Positions 20,162-30,715 of a DNA stretch of 64,000 nt are shown one piece after another. The stretch lies in the IMG/VR virus record IMGVR_UViG_3300028028_000133; one strand, written 5' to 3'. The translations under genes were made by a program, and so were the position numbers. The DNA is from a virus. A model generated the notes under the pieces. That model was not told where the DNA came from and ran no database searches. It saw only the letters and a program-made list of their open reading frames with translations. Every line of letters starts with the position of its first letter. The first letter of the stretch is position 1.

Positions 20162-22189
20162 CTATTCTCCAATGCCCCCAATTATTTTTTTCTGGCTGAA
20201 TTGCTTTGCTTTGACCATTATCGGGATGTCGTCAGGCAATTTAGCGATACGAAATTCCGTATGCAGTTCGCCGGACTGAATATCGCCGACCAATTCGCCA
20301 ATACCGCGAATGCCCATGTCGGCCTCTGCAATTTTAAATCCATCTGTTGTTGATAGCAGTGCTTCTATGCGGCGGAGACCGTCTTCGGTTTCGTTCGCAC
20401 TCTTGACAAGAATGCAATATCCCTGCTTGCCGGTCCTGCCGACTCTACCACGAAGCTGATGGAGTGTTGAAAGTCCATATCGTTCCGGATGTTCAATAGC
20501 CATGATATTCACATCTGTATCAACTCCCACTTCGACAATTATGGTGGTGACCAAAACATGTATTTTCTTGGCGATAAAATCCTGCATCACTGTTTCTTTT
20601 TCTGCGGCAGTCATTTGTCCATGGAGCAATCCTACAACGCTATGCGGAAAGCGTGCTTGTAAATGTTTCTGCCATTCAACGGCTGCTTTAAGTGGCTCTG
20701 GTTTAGCAGCAAATAGGTCGTCATTGGCATCGGTGTCTTTAACGTCCTGAACTCGTTCGTTCACGAGCGGATACACTACGAAAGCCTGTTCGCCTTTGCG
20801 CAGTTGAATATCAATAAAGTTATATGCTTCAACTTCATCAATGTGCTGGGTGATAGTCTGTTTTCTGCCGGCAGGCATTTCGTCAATCACTGAGAAGTCA
20901 AGGTCACCGTAAAGAGTGAGAGCAATTGATCTCGGGATCGGCGTGGCCGACATTGTCAGTAAGTCGCAGTGTCCTGCTTTATCGTGCAGGGTTTTCCGTT
21001 GTTCGACGCCAAACTTTTGAAGCTCATCGACAACGACCAATCCTACATTGGAAAAATCCACACTTTCTTCAAGTAGTGCGTGTGTGCCAATGATGATTGA
21101 GATGACTCCGTTTTTAATCTGATCTTTGACGAATTCACCTGCTCCGCCTTTTATTAATGCTATCGGTATTTTGAACTTAGATAACAATTTTTGAATAGAT
21201 TTATAGTGTTGTTCTGCCAGAATACCGGTGGGGGCCATTAAAACCGCCTGTCTCTTATTCTCGACTGCTAATAACATTGCACACAAAGCAACAATCGTTT
21301 TACCACTACCCACTTCACCCATGAGCATGCGGTTCATTGGATTAGGCGACATCATGTCTTTAAAAATTTCTTGTATCACTCGACACTGTGCATCGGTAAA
21401 TTCAAACGGCAATTTTTCCCGAAACGGTGTCAGAATTGTTTTTTTTAATATATGCGCCGGACGAGACACAGCCGATGTCTGTTGTTTAATTGCAGTGAAC
21501 CTGCTTTGGATTTTATAACACTCATCAAATGCCAGTCGCTGGCGAGACTGTAACATCATTTCCATATTTGACGGCCAGTGGTAATTTTTGATGGCAACAT
21601 CAAGACTTAATATTTCAAGTTCTCTCTGTTCTTCCGCGGTCAGATAGTCGGATACCGGTTCCGCATTTTTAATAACGTCATACGCCATCGCCCTCAGTGA
21701 TTTCTGCGTTATGCCTTTTGTTAATGGGTAAAATGGCACGATGCGGCCGGCTGATAATGTTTCTTTATCTTTTTCCAAAATTTCATATTCGGAAACAAAC
21801 AACGACTTATGTCTGCCCATGAATGCGCATTTTCCGGTGGCAAGAACAGTCATGCCAGGCTTGATCATCTTTTCTAAAAACGGCTGGCGGAACCAAATCA
21901 GATTTATCGTGCGATGATCTTCGGGCATGTCGGCATCCGTAACAGATGCCTGAAAACACTCAATCCCACCTTTTGTTTTCGGAGTTTCTGTTTTATATAC
22001 TCTTCCGAGCACAACTGCGTTTTGACCGGACATAATGTCTCGGATTGCTTCTATGATCGTGCGGTCGGCGTGTCTAAAAGGAAAGTAATGCAACAGGTCA
22101 TTGACCGTGATAATTCCGAGTCCCGACAATTTATTTAACATTTTGTAATTCTTGCTCAAAGTTTTGAGCGTCGTATCCAGCCCAAACAT
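20162..22189 (-). CDS. recG: ATP-dependent DNA helicase RecG
   Basis: Wedge/OB domain, RLAFDE, MNRMLMGEVGSGKT, MAPTGILAEQH, VVVDELQKFGVEQR, MSATPIPRS, LHQLRGRVGR, DGFKIAEAD. Confidence 0.93.
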   Translation of the reverse strand: MFGLDTTLKTLSKNYKMLNKLSGLGIITVNDLLHYFPFRHADRTIIEAIRDIMSGQNAVVLGRVYKTETPKTKGGIECFQASVTDADMPEDHRTINLIWFRQPFLEKMIKPGMTVLATGKCAFMGRHKSLFVSEYEILEKDKETLSAGRIVPFYPLTKGITQKSLRAMAYDVIKNAEPVSDYLTAEEQRELEILSLDVAIKNYHWPSNMEMMLQSRQRLAFDECYKIQSRFTAIKQQTSAVSRPAHILKKTILTPFREKLPFEFTDAQCRVIQEIFKDMMSPNPMNRMLMGEVGSGKTIVALCAMLLAVENKRQAVLMAPTGILAEQHYKSIQKLLSKFKIPIALIKGGAGEFVKDQIKNGVISIIIGTHALLEESVDFSNVGLVVVDELQKFGVEQRKTLHDKAGHCDLLTMSATPIPRSIALTLYGDLDFSVIDEMPAGRKQTITQHIDEVEAYNFIDIQLRKGEQAFVVYPLVNERVQDVKDTDANDDLFAAKPEPLKAAVEWQKHLQARFPHSVVGLLHGQMTAAEKETVMQDFIAKKIHVLVTTIIVEVGVDTDVNIMAIEHPERYGLSTLHQLRGRVGRTGKQGYCILVKSANETEDGLRRIEALLSTTDGFKIAEADMGIRGIGELVGDIQSGELHTEFRIAKLPDDIPIMVKAKQFSQKKIIGGIGE

Positions 22190-22222
22190 ATCGCATCACC
22201 TCCTTAAATTTTTTTGAAACAC

Positions 22223-22402
22223 TTATATTTCTGTTTCTAGCCAAACAATAAAACTTTTAATGCCGGATAAAGATAATTTTTTATAGTATTTCACATAAGC
22301 AATTATGTATTTCCCGTACATTTTAACTGCTTTATTCAACGAAATTGTTTTAACCTTTCTGGAATTTAAGCTCCATAATTTATCAACAACCAGTCTTTCC
22401 AT
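22223..22402 (-). CDS. small hypothetical protein (59 aa, not in the track), paralog of 51761..52021
   Basis: Hand translation MERLVVDKLWSLNSRKVKTISL...KSFIVWLETEI; matches KIWSLN...KSFEDWLATEI. Confidence 0.6.
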   Translation of the reverse strand: MERLVVDKLWSLNSRKVKTISLNKAVKMYGKYIIAYVKYYKKLSLSGIKSFIVWLETEI

Positions 22403-22640
22403 TAATTCCTCCTCGCCTCACAGATTTGCTACTTTGGTTTTTCTTAAAAATTTAGACCTTCTCATACCGAATTCGCCCGTTCTGCCGCATATAATGAACT
22501 TTACTAAACTTGATTTCACTTCCATTTTTACTTCTTGACCTATTTCTCCCTTTTTAATTACTTCCTTTCCAATCTCGATATCTTTTGTGATTATGAATCT
22601 ATCGTATCTTCTCATATCAATTCTCCATTTAAAACAGGTC

Positions 22641-22804
22641 CCCGGGCATACTGTCATAAAAGCATAATTAGAGAGAAATTATTTTATTTCATAAAATAAG
22701 TTCGAGCTAATTTTGCTTCTGAGTTCAACCACTCTTTCTTTCAATTACTACGGCGTTTCACCGTAGTCGCTTTAAACTACAAGCGTTGTCACAGTACGCC
22801 CAGG
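22641..22804 (-). ncRNA. retron msr-msd-like RNA, copy 3 (orphan)
   Basis: Inverted repeat CCTGGGCGTACTGT / ACAGTATGCCCGGG; unpaired G at 22790; two msr-like stem-loops; AAAGAAAGAGTGGTT linker; long msd-like hairpin. Confidence 0.72.
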
Positions 22805-23726
22805 TTCCTATTTATTTTTTGCTTGCCAAAACTGCTCTGTAAAGTTCGCCCGCTTTTTCCTCTGGAACATCTTCGTTGTTGATGCTCGTAACTTCATAGG
22901 TTTCGTTGTCTGTATTCTCGTCGTACATAACAGCGACAGTATATTCTTTGCCGTCAACGTCTGTTACTGCATAGAATTTGTTCGTCCCTGTAAGTTCTAC
23001 TAATATTTCTGACATGCTACCTCCGTTTAACTATGTTCTCGCGAATTGAAATCCTGATACACGAGATTCATCCCGTATTTCCTGCGAAATTTGGTATGGC
23101 GCAAAAAATTTATCAGCATCCACTAATTTGAAGTGACCTATTATGATATCAACATCACTTTTTACTTCCGGACCAAAAACAACTCCGTGTTTGTTCATCC
23201 AAAACCCCGGATATTTTTTGCTTTCAAAAATTCTTTTCATTTTTTTAATCCTCTTTCGCTTTGAATCCGTCGCAAGATTCCAGCCAAGTTGGGTCAAAAT
23301 TGAGCGGGTAGTTAAACCATCCTCTTTTTATCCCGAGCGGGTTACCGACAACTTTTATGCCCAGCGTTTCAACATTGACAGGATCAACCCTGCCGACACC
23401 TGCCAGGATTCCGAAAACTTGTGCCATCGGATTATTCAGAATTTCCGCATTGGCGGGATGATTGCAACAACTATGGGCATCTCCTGGCAAATTTCCACGA
23501 TAATCGCATTTATAACAATCCGGTTTTTCGCTCACTTTATTTACTGCCTCATCAACTGTTTTTACTTCTGGACAAGTATGATGATTTTTCATTATGTGCG
23601 GACGCCTTTCTTCGCCGCTACAGCCTCTGCAATAGCATCCTGGATTAGAATTTGTTTTTCGTGTTCCACAATCGGGACAAACTTCCGTTCCCCATCCTGA
23701 CGGTAATTTGTCAAATTCTTCTCTTG

Positions 23727-24146
23727 TCATTTTGCACCTCCAAAAAAGATTTTTATTTCGTTTTCTGCATCAGTAACCGAACCTGACGCGTGAATAAAAT
23801 TGTCATACCCGTTTTCTTGCGGATGTTTTGAGAATAATACCTCGCGGAGTGTCCCTACTGTTGCTTCGCGGGCATTCGCCGCACCAATGGTCTTTTTTAC
23901 CCTTTCAACAACATTGTCGCCAGTTAGAAGCAGGGCAACAATGTGCCCCGAGCTACAAAAAGCGGAATGGTTATCCCTGTTTGGCTGAGGCACGTGCTTA
24001 TAAAATTTCAGGAAGAACTTTTTGCTTTTCTTAACGGTCCGCGTGCGCTTAATGAATCCGTGTTTGCATAACCATTTCATACAAAAAACAGATTCATTAT
24101 TTAATACTGTGTTGGGTTTCAAAAAGACGAGCGTTCTCTCAAACAT
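23727..24146 (-). CDS. ndk: nucleoside diphosphate kinase
   Basis: ERTLVFLKP, FYKH, GTLR, NFIHASGS...AENEI..FF. Confidence 0.85.
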   Translation of the reverse strand: MFERTLVFLKPNTVLNNESVFCMKWLCKHGFIKRTRTVKKSKKFFLKFYKHVPQPNRDNHSAFCSSGHIVALLLTGDNVVERVKKTIGAANAREATVGTLREVLFSKHPQENGYDNFIHASGSVTDAENEIKIFFGGAK

Positions 24147-24523
24147 GGTTGGCTCCTTTTTCCCGGTTTCTTTCGGAAATCTCTTCTATAATTTTTATGT
24201 TTTGCATGGAATCTTCCGCACCGAGTACCGTCCGTATTTGCTGTTTGCTAAACAGTTTAGATGGAAGAATTATAGTCTGCGAGTGGCAGACAGAACAAAC
24301 ATACGGGCCGTTCTTATTCTCAAAATTATCTTCTCTCGCCAGCAATATTTCATCACTATCGTCACCGATAGATTCCAGAAATTGCTCGGTTTTTTTCATA
24401 ACTTCGTTATAAAAATGACGGGCATTCCCGCAATTGGGACAGACAATTATTGAACTTTCTCTCATATTTTTATTCTCCTGTTTTTAAATACAGGGCGAGA
24501 GCATTACTGCCCCACCCCGCATT

Positions 24524-26683
24524 TCAATGTTTTGTTTCACTTGTTGATGAAGACACAATTTGCCCGCCGAATAAATCTATCACATTTTGCACTCCGGGGC
24601 TGTTGGTGATTTGTTCTTTTTTCTCTTTCTCGGCTGATGCACTAGTCTTGATGATTACCGCTGGTTCCAGGATTTCCGTAGAAACAATTTTGAACTGCAC
24701 AGGTTTGCCTATGATCTTGACTGCTGTCGGCTGCCATGCCTCTACCTCTTCCGTAAGTCTCTCCGCCCTGAATTGTTCTGTCAGCGTGAGTGTAATCGTC
24801 ACACCATCAAAACCAGATATTTGAGCAGACGATAAGCAGGATGATAATCCAGGTCTGTCTTTCAAAACTGCTTTGAACACCGCCGGCCATTTCGCTTGTA
24901 TTTCCGCTATTAGTTTTGTAGATGACTGGACAGGAACAACGGGAGATGCGGGCTTCAACGATGAAGAAGCAACTGAAACAACTTGTTCTTCGTTTTGTGT
25001 CCTGGAAACAGCATCTGCCGGCATTGGACCAATAACAACAATATGCTCGTCTCTCAACCCTATCGGAACATACGAGGTAATAACGATTACTTGTCCCGTC
25101 TTAGCATTTTCTTTGGCGAACGCTGTTAGAAGTTTTTCGTTTGCCGCGTCAAGAATTTCAACATTGTCTATAATTAAGAGCCCAATGCCAAAAAGTTCCT
25201 GAAGCGTTTTGTGCATGCAGATTTCCATGCGAAGTAGCTCGGAAGTGGACAGATCTTCAATATAGCGGTTCAGTCCATTACCCGAAATAAAAAAGTCGCA
25301 TTCTTTTTCGGCGACTACTACTTTCATCGCATAGCTAGGTGCAAGTGTAATTAAGTTCTTATTAAATATCTGCTCAAATTCTGCAACCTTCCTTTTCAGA
25401 ATGTCGATGATAATTCCTTGCGGACCATAAACATCAACCAATAGGTCAACCACGGCCAGTTTTTTCTTGTCTGCCGCTTCTTTCTTTTTTATGCTTTCTA
25501 TGACAGAATTAACTTTGCTGGACTGCTCTAGAGATGAGACTAACTTCTCGCCCCTAGGTATCCGCGGTTCTATCGCCTGAATTTTTTGTGCATATTCGTT
25601 TTCGGATGTTTTAATTTTCGCAGTTAATTCTTGAATCTGTTTTTCAAATTTCTGAATTTTCTTGCCTATCTCTGTTTTTTGAGTTGAGAGGAATGCGGTT
25701 ACATCTTCGATTTTGGTGCCGCAAACGATTTTGAAAACCGGACAAGTTATCTGTTTTTTACTGGCCGAAGCGAGCCCGGTAGTAATATCTGACAGTTGCC
25801 TTTTTGCAGTAGCAAGTTCAACTTGCAAACCGTTTAACAGCGATTTATCGCCATCTAATTTCGGCGATGATGCTTTTAACTTTTGGTACTCGGTTTTCAA
25901 TTCGGCTAACTGCTCTTTCGCGGCCGGCAAATCTTCTATCGTAACGTCCTCAGGAAGACTTTCTGAAATGTTCAGGAGTGATTCCATCTGCGAAGGATAG
26001 GATTCTATGCTCTGCTTCAGCAGTCGACGATCGTTGTATGCTTTTTCATGGATTTCGTCCCGTGAAGTCGGGCGGGGATTTATTGCCCCAATATAACTTA
26101 CCACTTCGCCGAGAATATCCATCGGAACTTTCTTTTTCACCACATATTCGTCAAGCATGTCCATTGCGGCATCCAACGTCTGTTTGATTTTTAAAACTGA
26201 GAACAGAAACTCTTTTCTTTCGGAGCCGGTGAATCTTTTGAAAAATCCTGAAGAATTAAGCGCCGTGTAAAGGCCGTCTGCGTCTGCACCAAAAGATTGG
26301 TGAATCATGTCTTGCAGATCGGTCAGCGATCCTTTTATTTTTTCTCCGTCTTGAATTATCGCAAGGGCATTAGGTATCTGCCTGATAATTTTAACGGTTT
26401 TGTAATCGGCTGAGATAATCGCTTTTTCTTGACCCGTCATAATACAATTTTTCAATCCGACGCCCTCTGGGGAAGTGGAGTTGCGACCGGTGAACAAAGT
26501 AAGAATAGCTTCCGCTATACTTGATTTGCCGGCACCGTTTATGCCTGTAATAACCGTAAGCGGCTTAAGTTCGATAGACAGGTTTTTGTGCCCCCTGAAA
26601 TTTTGCAAAACCAGTGATTTCAACATTTTTTCCTCCGTTTGCTGCGGAATAACGAGAGGGGCGGAATAACCCGCCCTCTCCAT
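24524..26683 (-). CDS. SMC/Rad50-like ATPase fused to a DnaX (tau) C-terminal-like domain
   Basis: LQNFRGH, GINGAGKSS Walker A, coiled coil with central CP...C, LSTSE signature, LLIIDNVE Walker B; C-terminus WPAV...PGVQNVIDLFGG; may start at MLKSL (26626). Confidence 0.7.
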   Translation of the reverse strand: MERAGYSAPLVIPQQTEEKMLKSLVLQNFRGHKNLSIELKPLTVITGINGAGKSSIAEAILTLFTGRNSTSPEGVGLKNCIMTGQEKAIISADYKTVKIIRQIPNALAIIQDGEKIKGSLTDLQDMIHQSFGADADGLYTALNSSGFFKRFTGSERKEFLFSVLKIKQTLDAAMDMLDEYVVKKKVPMDILGEVVSYIGAINPRPTSRDEIHEKAYNDRRLLKQSIESYPSQMESLLNISESLPEDVTIEDLPAAKEQLAELKTEYQKLKASSPKLDGDKSLLNGLQVELATAKRQLSDITTGLASASKKQITCPVFKIVCGTKIEDVTAFLSTQKTEIGKKIQKFEKQIQELTAKIKTSENEYAQKIQAIEPRIPRGEKLVSSLEQSSKVNSVIESIKKKEAADKKKLAVVDLLVDVYGPQGIIIDILKRKVAEFEQIFNKNLITLAPSYAMKVVVAEKECDFFISGNGLNRYIEDLSTSELLRMEICMHKTLQELFGIGLLIIDNVEILDAANEKLLTAFAKENAKTGQVIVITSYVPIGLRDEHIVVIGPMPADAVSRTQNEEQVVSVASSSLKPASPVVPVQSSTKLIAEIQAKWPAVFKAVLKDRPGLSSCLSSAQISGFDGVTITLTLTEQFRAERLTEEVEAWQPTAVKIIGKPVQFKIVSTEILEPAVIIKTSASAEKEKKEQITNSPGVQNVIDLFGGQIVSSSTSETKH

Positions 26684-26685
26684 TA

Positions 26686-28395
26686 TTATTTTCTAAACTG
26701 TTTTAACAGACTTTGATATTCCAATATTTTACCGTCATCATTTGGAATGGTTCCTGCTGCCATTTCGCCGATTTCACGGTGTAAAGACTCAAACCGTTCA
26801 CGCTGCTTTTGTTGGTTGATTGTTTTTGCTAACAGCGATATTGCTTTCTTTTCGTCTTTGTATATTGTTACTCTGACGGAAAGCCTAGCAAACAGGGCTT
26901 GCAAAGATTCGTCTACTCGTAGTGCCACATGTGTAACGTTTTCCGGCTCTGACGATTGTGATGACACAAGCGCAAGATAAAGCAATTGGCATTGCGAATC
27001 GCCAAATCTATCGCCTGGTAAAACTTTTGACGTTTCCTTTATTTCCGCGGGATTCCTGATTAGCAGCGACAGCATGTCCATCTCGGCAAGATTTGAATTT
27101 GACTCCGTGACAGATGTGCTTTTAATTGCGGCACTGACAGACACATTCTCGTCTTTATGTGCTCTAAATTCGGATTCTATCAGGTGCTCTGCCACCGAAA
27201 CTTTTACAGAAAGCTTTTTCAAGTATTCGGATTTCGCAACCGGATCTTTAACTTTGTTTATATATGGGAATGTCTTTTTTATAATCTTGGATTTACCCTG
27301 CGGCGTCAACCCGTAAGTGATAATAGATTCGTCGATGATGTAATCGACAAAATCTTTTGATGAATCCAAAACTCTTATAAAAGACGCTTTGCCGTTTTTT
27401 TCAACAAATTCATCAGGGTCATCATTGCCGGGAATAGATGCAACTTTAACATACAGTCCGTTGGACAAAAAAGCGTCAATGCTGCGCAGGGTGGCTTTTT
27501 GGCCGGCGGTGTCTGGATCAAACATCACAAGAACACTTTCGCAGTATTTTTGAAGCAATAGGGCGTGGTAACTGGTTGTTGCCGTTCCCATCGTAGCCAC
27601 GACATTTTCAAATCCGAATTGATGAAGCAAAATAACATCGAAATATCCTTCAACAATAATCACAAAGTTTTGCGTTCGGATGGCTTTCGCGGCAAAATTC
27701 AGCCCGAACAACATTCTGCTTTTTGAAAAGATAATACTTTCTTTGGAATTGAGATATTTCGGATTTTGCTCGCCGTTAGTTCTGCCGCTGAATGCGACTA
27801 TATGCCCATACGGATCTAAAATTGGAACCATTAGCCTGTCGTAAAAGAATGCTCCTTTGTCCGTTATCAATCCTGCCTCTTTTAATAGGTCGGCGGAATA
27901 TTTGGAAGACAATTTTTCGCCAATGTTTTTATCAGCAAGTCCGAGTTTCCATTTTTTAATGGTGTCCGCTTTAATTCCGCGTGAGGCGAGATATTCAAGA
28001 GCCGCTGGGTTCTGCCTCAGGTTTTCGGCGAAGATGAATGCAGCGTCGTCCATAACATTAAAAAGCAGTTGTCTTTTTGTGGACTGCGGGTCCTCTTTCT
28101 CCTTGGTTTCACTGACAGTAATTCCATATTTCGCCGCTAAGTGACGAATCGTCTCGGGAAATGTCATTTTCTCCATTTCCATCACAAATTTAATTACGTT
28201 TCCGTTCTTCTCACAACCGAAACAATAAAAAGTTCCAGTTGTTTCGTTCACTGTAAACGACGGCGTCTTCTCGTTGTGAAAGGGACAGAGACACCGCCAG
28301 TATTTACCTGAACGCTTGAGTTGCCTATATGTCTGGATAACATCCAGAATATTTGCTTTTGCTATAACCTCATCAATCGTTTCTTGGGTTATCAC
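26686..28395 (-). CDS. dnaG: DNA primase
   Basis: CPFHNEKTPSF...CFGC zinc finger, PKYLNS, IVEGYFDV and FDPDTAG TOPRIM motifs, DPDE. Confidence 0.95.
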   Translation of the reverse strand: MITQETIDEVIAKANILDVIQTYRQLKRSGKYWRCLCPFHNEKTPSFTVNETTGTFYCFGCEKNGNVIKFVMEMEKMTFPETIRHLAAKYGITVSETKEKEDPQSTKRQLLFNVMDDAAFIFAENLRQNPAALEYLASRGIKADTIKKWKLGLADKNIGEKLSSKYSADLLKEAGLITDKGAFFYDRLMVPILDPYGHIVAFSGRTNGEQNPKYLNSKESIIFSKSRMLFGLNFAAKAIRTQNFVIIVEGYFDVILLHQFGFENVVATMGTATTSYHALLLQKYCESVLVMFDPDTAGQKATLRSIDAFLSNGLYVKVASIPGNDDPDEFVEKNGKASFIRVLDSSKDFVDYIIDESIITYGLTPQGKSKIIKKTFPYINKVKDPVAKSEYLKKLSVKVSVAEHLIESEFRAHKDENVSVSAAIKSTSVTESNSNLAEMDMLSLLIRNPAEIKETSKVLPGDRFGDSQCQLLYLALVSSQSSEPENVTHVALRVDESLQALFARLSVRVTIYKDEKKAISLLAKTINQQKQRERFESLHREIGEMAAGTIPNDDGKILEYQSLLKQFRK

Positions 28396-28686
28396 TTATC
28401 TGCCCTCCAGAAATCCACAAACTTCATTGAGTGTAGATGCGTCAATGTTAAAACTGCGAATTCTTTTCCTTTCTGCTCGTGGGATTTTATTTTTAGGCAC
28501 CTGACCGTTGGGCATTTTGGCTAAATATATGTCTATGTGCTTGCAAAGCCTATCCGGACGTTTTGTCCTTTGATTAATCCACGATAGGCAATTGCACGAC
28601 AACTCGCCTTTTTCATTCACGCTGATATCATAAAATTTTCCAGGTGTTGTATCACTTTCAATTTGATCTAATTTAGTGTATTTCAT
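28396..28686 (-). CDS. SWIM zinc-finger protein
   Basis: CxC...CxH (SCNC...LCKH). Confidence 0.65.
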   Translation of the reverse strand: MKYTKLDQIESDTTPGKFYDISVNEKGELSCNCLSWINQRTKRPDRLCKHIDIYLAKMPNGQVPKNKIPRAERKRIRSFNIDASTLNEVCGFLEGR

Positions 28687-29182
28687 TTGCCCTCCAAAAA
28701 ATTGGCAACTTCGCTAAGCGGGTCTTTTATGCCTGATATGTGTTCCGTTAGAATATTGTTTTTTTCCCACTCTTCAAAATCTTCGGTAAACGAATCCGGT
28801 TTATTGGTTTCTGCCCATTGGCTGACTTTATGTTCAAGAATTGTCCGGTCAGCCGGTAAAAGTTTTTTACAACCAGAAAAAATATCATATACCTGTTTAA
28901 GCCAGTTCCCATAATAAATCATTTCTCTTGTCATGACACTCTGGGTGGGCGCAACGAACTGCGCATTTTTACTGAATGAAAGTGATTGTTTATAACGATT
29001 CCATGAAAATCTAAATTTTATTTTCGCAACCGTATATGTTTCTTTTAGAGATGTCGGCAAACTATTGACAATACTATCCGGCAAATACCGCGGACAACGA
29101 TTAATCGGTTCTAATTTCATATTTTTTTCTCCAAACTTCGTGGGACGGACTGGGAACACTCGTGGCCAGTCCGCCCCATTGA

Positions 29183-30712
29183 TTATCTTGCTTCTTGGGT
29201 AGTGAAGGTATCCACTTCAGAGATTACAACACTACTCAGTTGCTCTATGTCCGGCACATTGATTGACGGAATGGTAGCGGGTATATTGCCATCGAATAAC
29301 ACAATCGCTCGGGTTGTATTATTTATAGCAAGTTCGCTAAGAACAACATCAACGTCTTCTTTCCCTTCTCCTTCAAAATCAGACACAACGAGGATTAGGT
29401 TTTTAGAACCCATTTTTTGTGCTTCGCGAAGTGCGGGAATAATCGTCGTGCCTCCGCTTTGATATCCCTTCCATATTTCTTCTTCCGTTTTCTCATATTC
29501 CCTTGTCGGATTAATGATAAGATAGGGACGAGTATGAAAAAAGATAATACCTACCGGATAATTATTCCGCCTGGCCGACTCAATAAAACTGAATGCCGTA
29601 AGAACAGTTTCGTCCTGTACCATTGAACCTGATGTATCAACAACCAATAATAACGAAATATTTGAGCCGTCGGGCAGATATATTCCATGCCCCGGCAGCG
29701 TAAGAGATTGCTGCGTAGTTATGCCAGGGATGTTTATTCCGCTTAGCGCAAGCCCTTGTTCTACATTCAGCGCAGACACATTGTCGTCCGGCGTCCATGT
29801 CCTAAACCCAGCTGGGACTCGCGGACTTAAAGATATTCCCGTTTTAACAGCAAATCGGATATTGCGTTTAGCATAGGCACGGTAGAAATCTATTTCTTGT
29901 AAAACGATGTTGTTCCTTGCGGCTATTGCTGTGGTAATCGCCTGAAGCAATTTATTGCCTCTGGTGCCGCCGGCAAGATCCATGACAGATTCTTTCTTTG
30001 TGCCCCTGGTGTCTTCCTTAGTAGAAAATTTTCCATCATTTTCTAACATTTCTTTTACAGCTTTTTGCAACGCCTGCCGTAAGTTCTCAAGCATCTTTTT
30101 ACGGTTTTCATCTTGTTGTTTATACCAATCGATTATTATCCGATTAAGTTCGGCAACTTTCTCACACAACGGCATTTGTGTTCTGCAAATCTTGATTGCT
30201 TTTGCTGCACGATCGCGGATGTCTTTAGAATATTTACCAAACATACGGCTGTCACCGGCAATAGCAGCATAAAAAACGATCATATATTTGGAGATTTCGC
30301 ACTCATCCTTTTTTTTATGTTTCTTGTCGTTGATATCCAGTCCCGTGACATGCCCGATATCATCGTTATGTTTGAATCTTGCATTGAAATCCACAATCAA
30401 GTCATAACTTACATTGTGCAAATCAAGGGCGATATCTATCGGCAGGGCATGTTCTTTTAAGGTTGCCGCCAAGAAATCACGATGATTCTTTATCGTGATC
30501 GGCGCATATTCGGTATGCCCAATTTCATGTCTGAGCAAAGACCGGCATTCAATTTCATCGCGGACATTATCAATGTCCAAATATATCCTGCGGTTGGCAA
30601 TTGATGCCACATGTCCCGACGGACCAGAACGCAAAAGCAGGGCAACTGGCGGATATGCGTATTCTTTTCTTACTTCTTGATAAATTGATTGAACTACCTG
30701 CTCATCCAACAT
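29183..30712 (-). CDS. VWA domain protein with N-terminal HExxH metallopeptidase-like motif (MoxR partner)
   Basis: HEIGH; MIDAS DTSGS, GGT, VSD. Confidence 0.8.
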   Translation of the reverse strand: MLDEQVVQSIYQEVRKEYAYPPVALLLRSGPSGHVASIANRRIYLDIDNVRDEIECRSLLRHEIGHTEYAPITIKNHRDFLAATLKEHALPIDIALDLHNVSYDLIVDFNARFKHNDDIGHVTGLDINDKKHKKKDECEISKYMIVFYAAIAGDSRMFGKYSKDIRDRAAKAIKICRTQMPLCEKVAELNRIIIDWYKQQDENRKKMLENLRQALQKAVKEMLENDGKFSTKEDTRGTKKESVMDLAGGTRGNKLLQAITTAIAARNNIVLQEIDFYRAYAKRNIRFAVKTGISLSPRVPAGFRTWTPDDNVSALNVEQGLALSGINIPGITTQQSLTLPGHGIYLPDGSNISLLLVVDTSGSMVQDETVLTAFSFIESARRNNYPVGIIFFHTRPYLIINPTREYEKTEEEIWKGYQSGGTTIIPALREAQKMGSKNLILVVSDFEGEGKEDVDVVLSELAINNTTRAIVLFDGNIPATIPSINVPDIEQLSSVVISEVDTFTTQEAR

Positions 30713-30715
30713 CGG

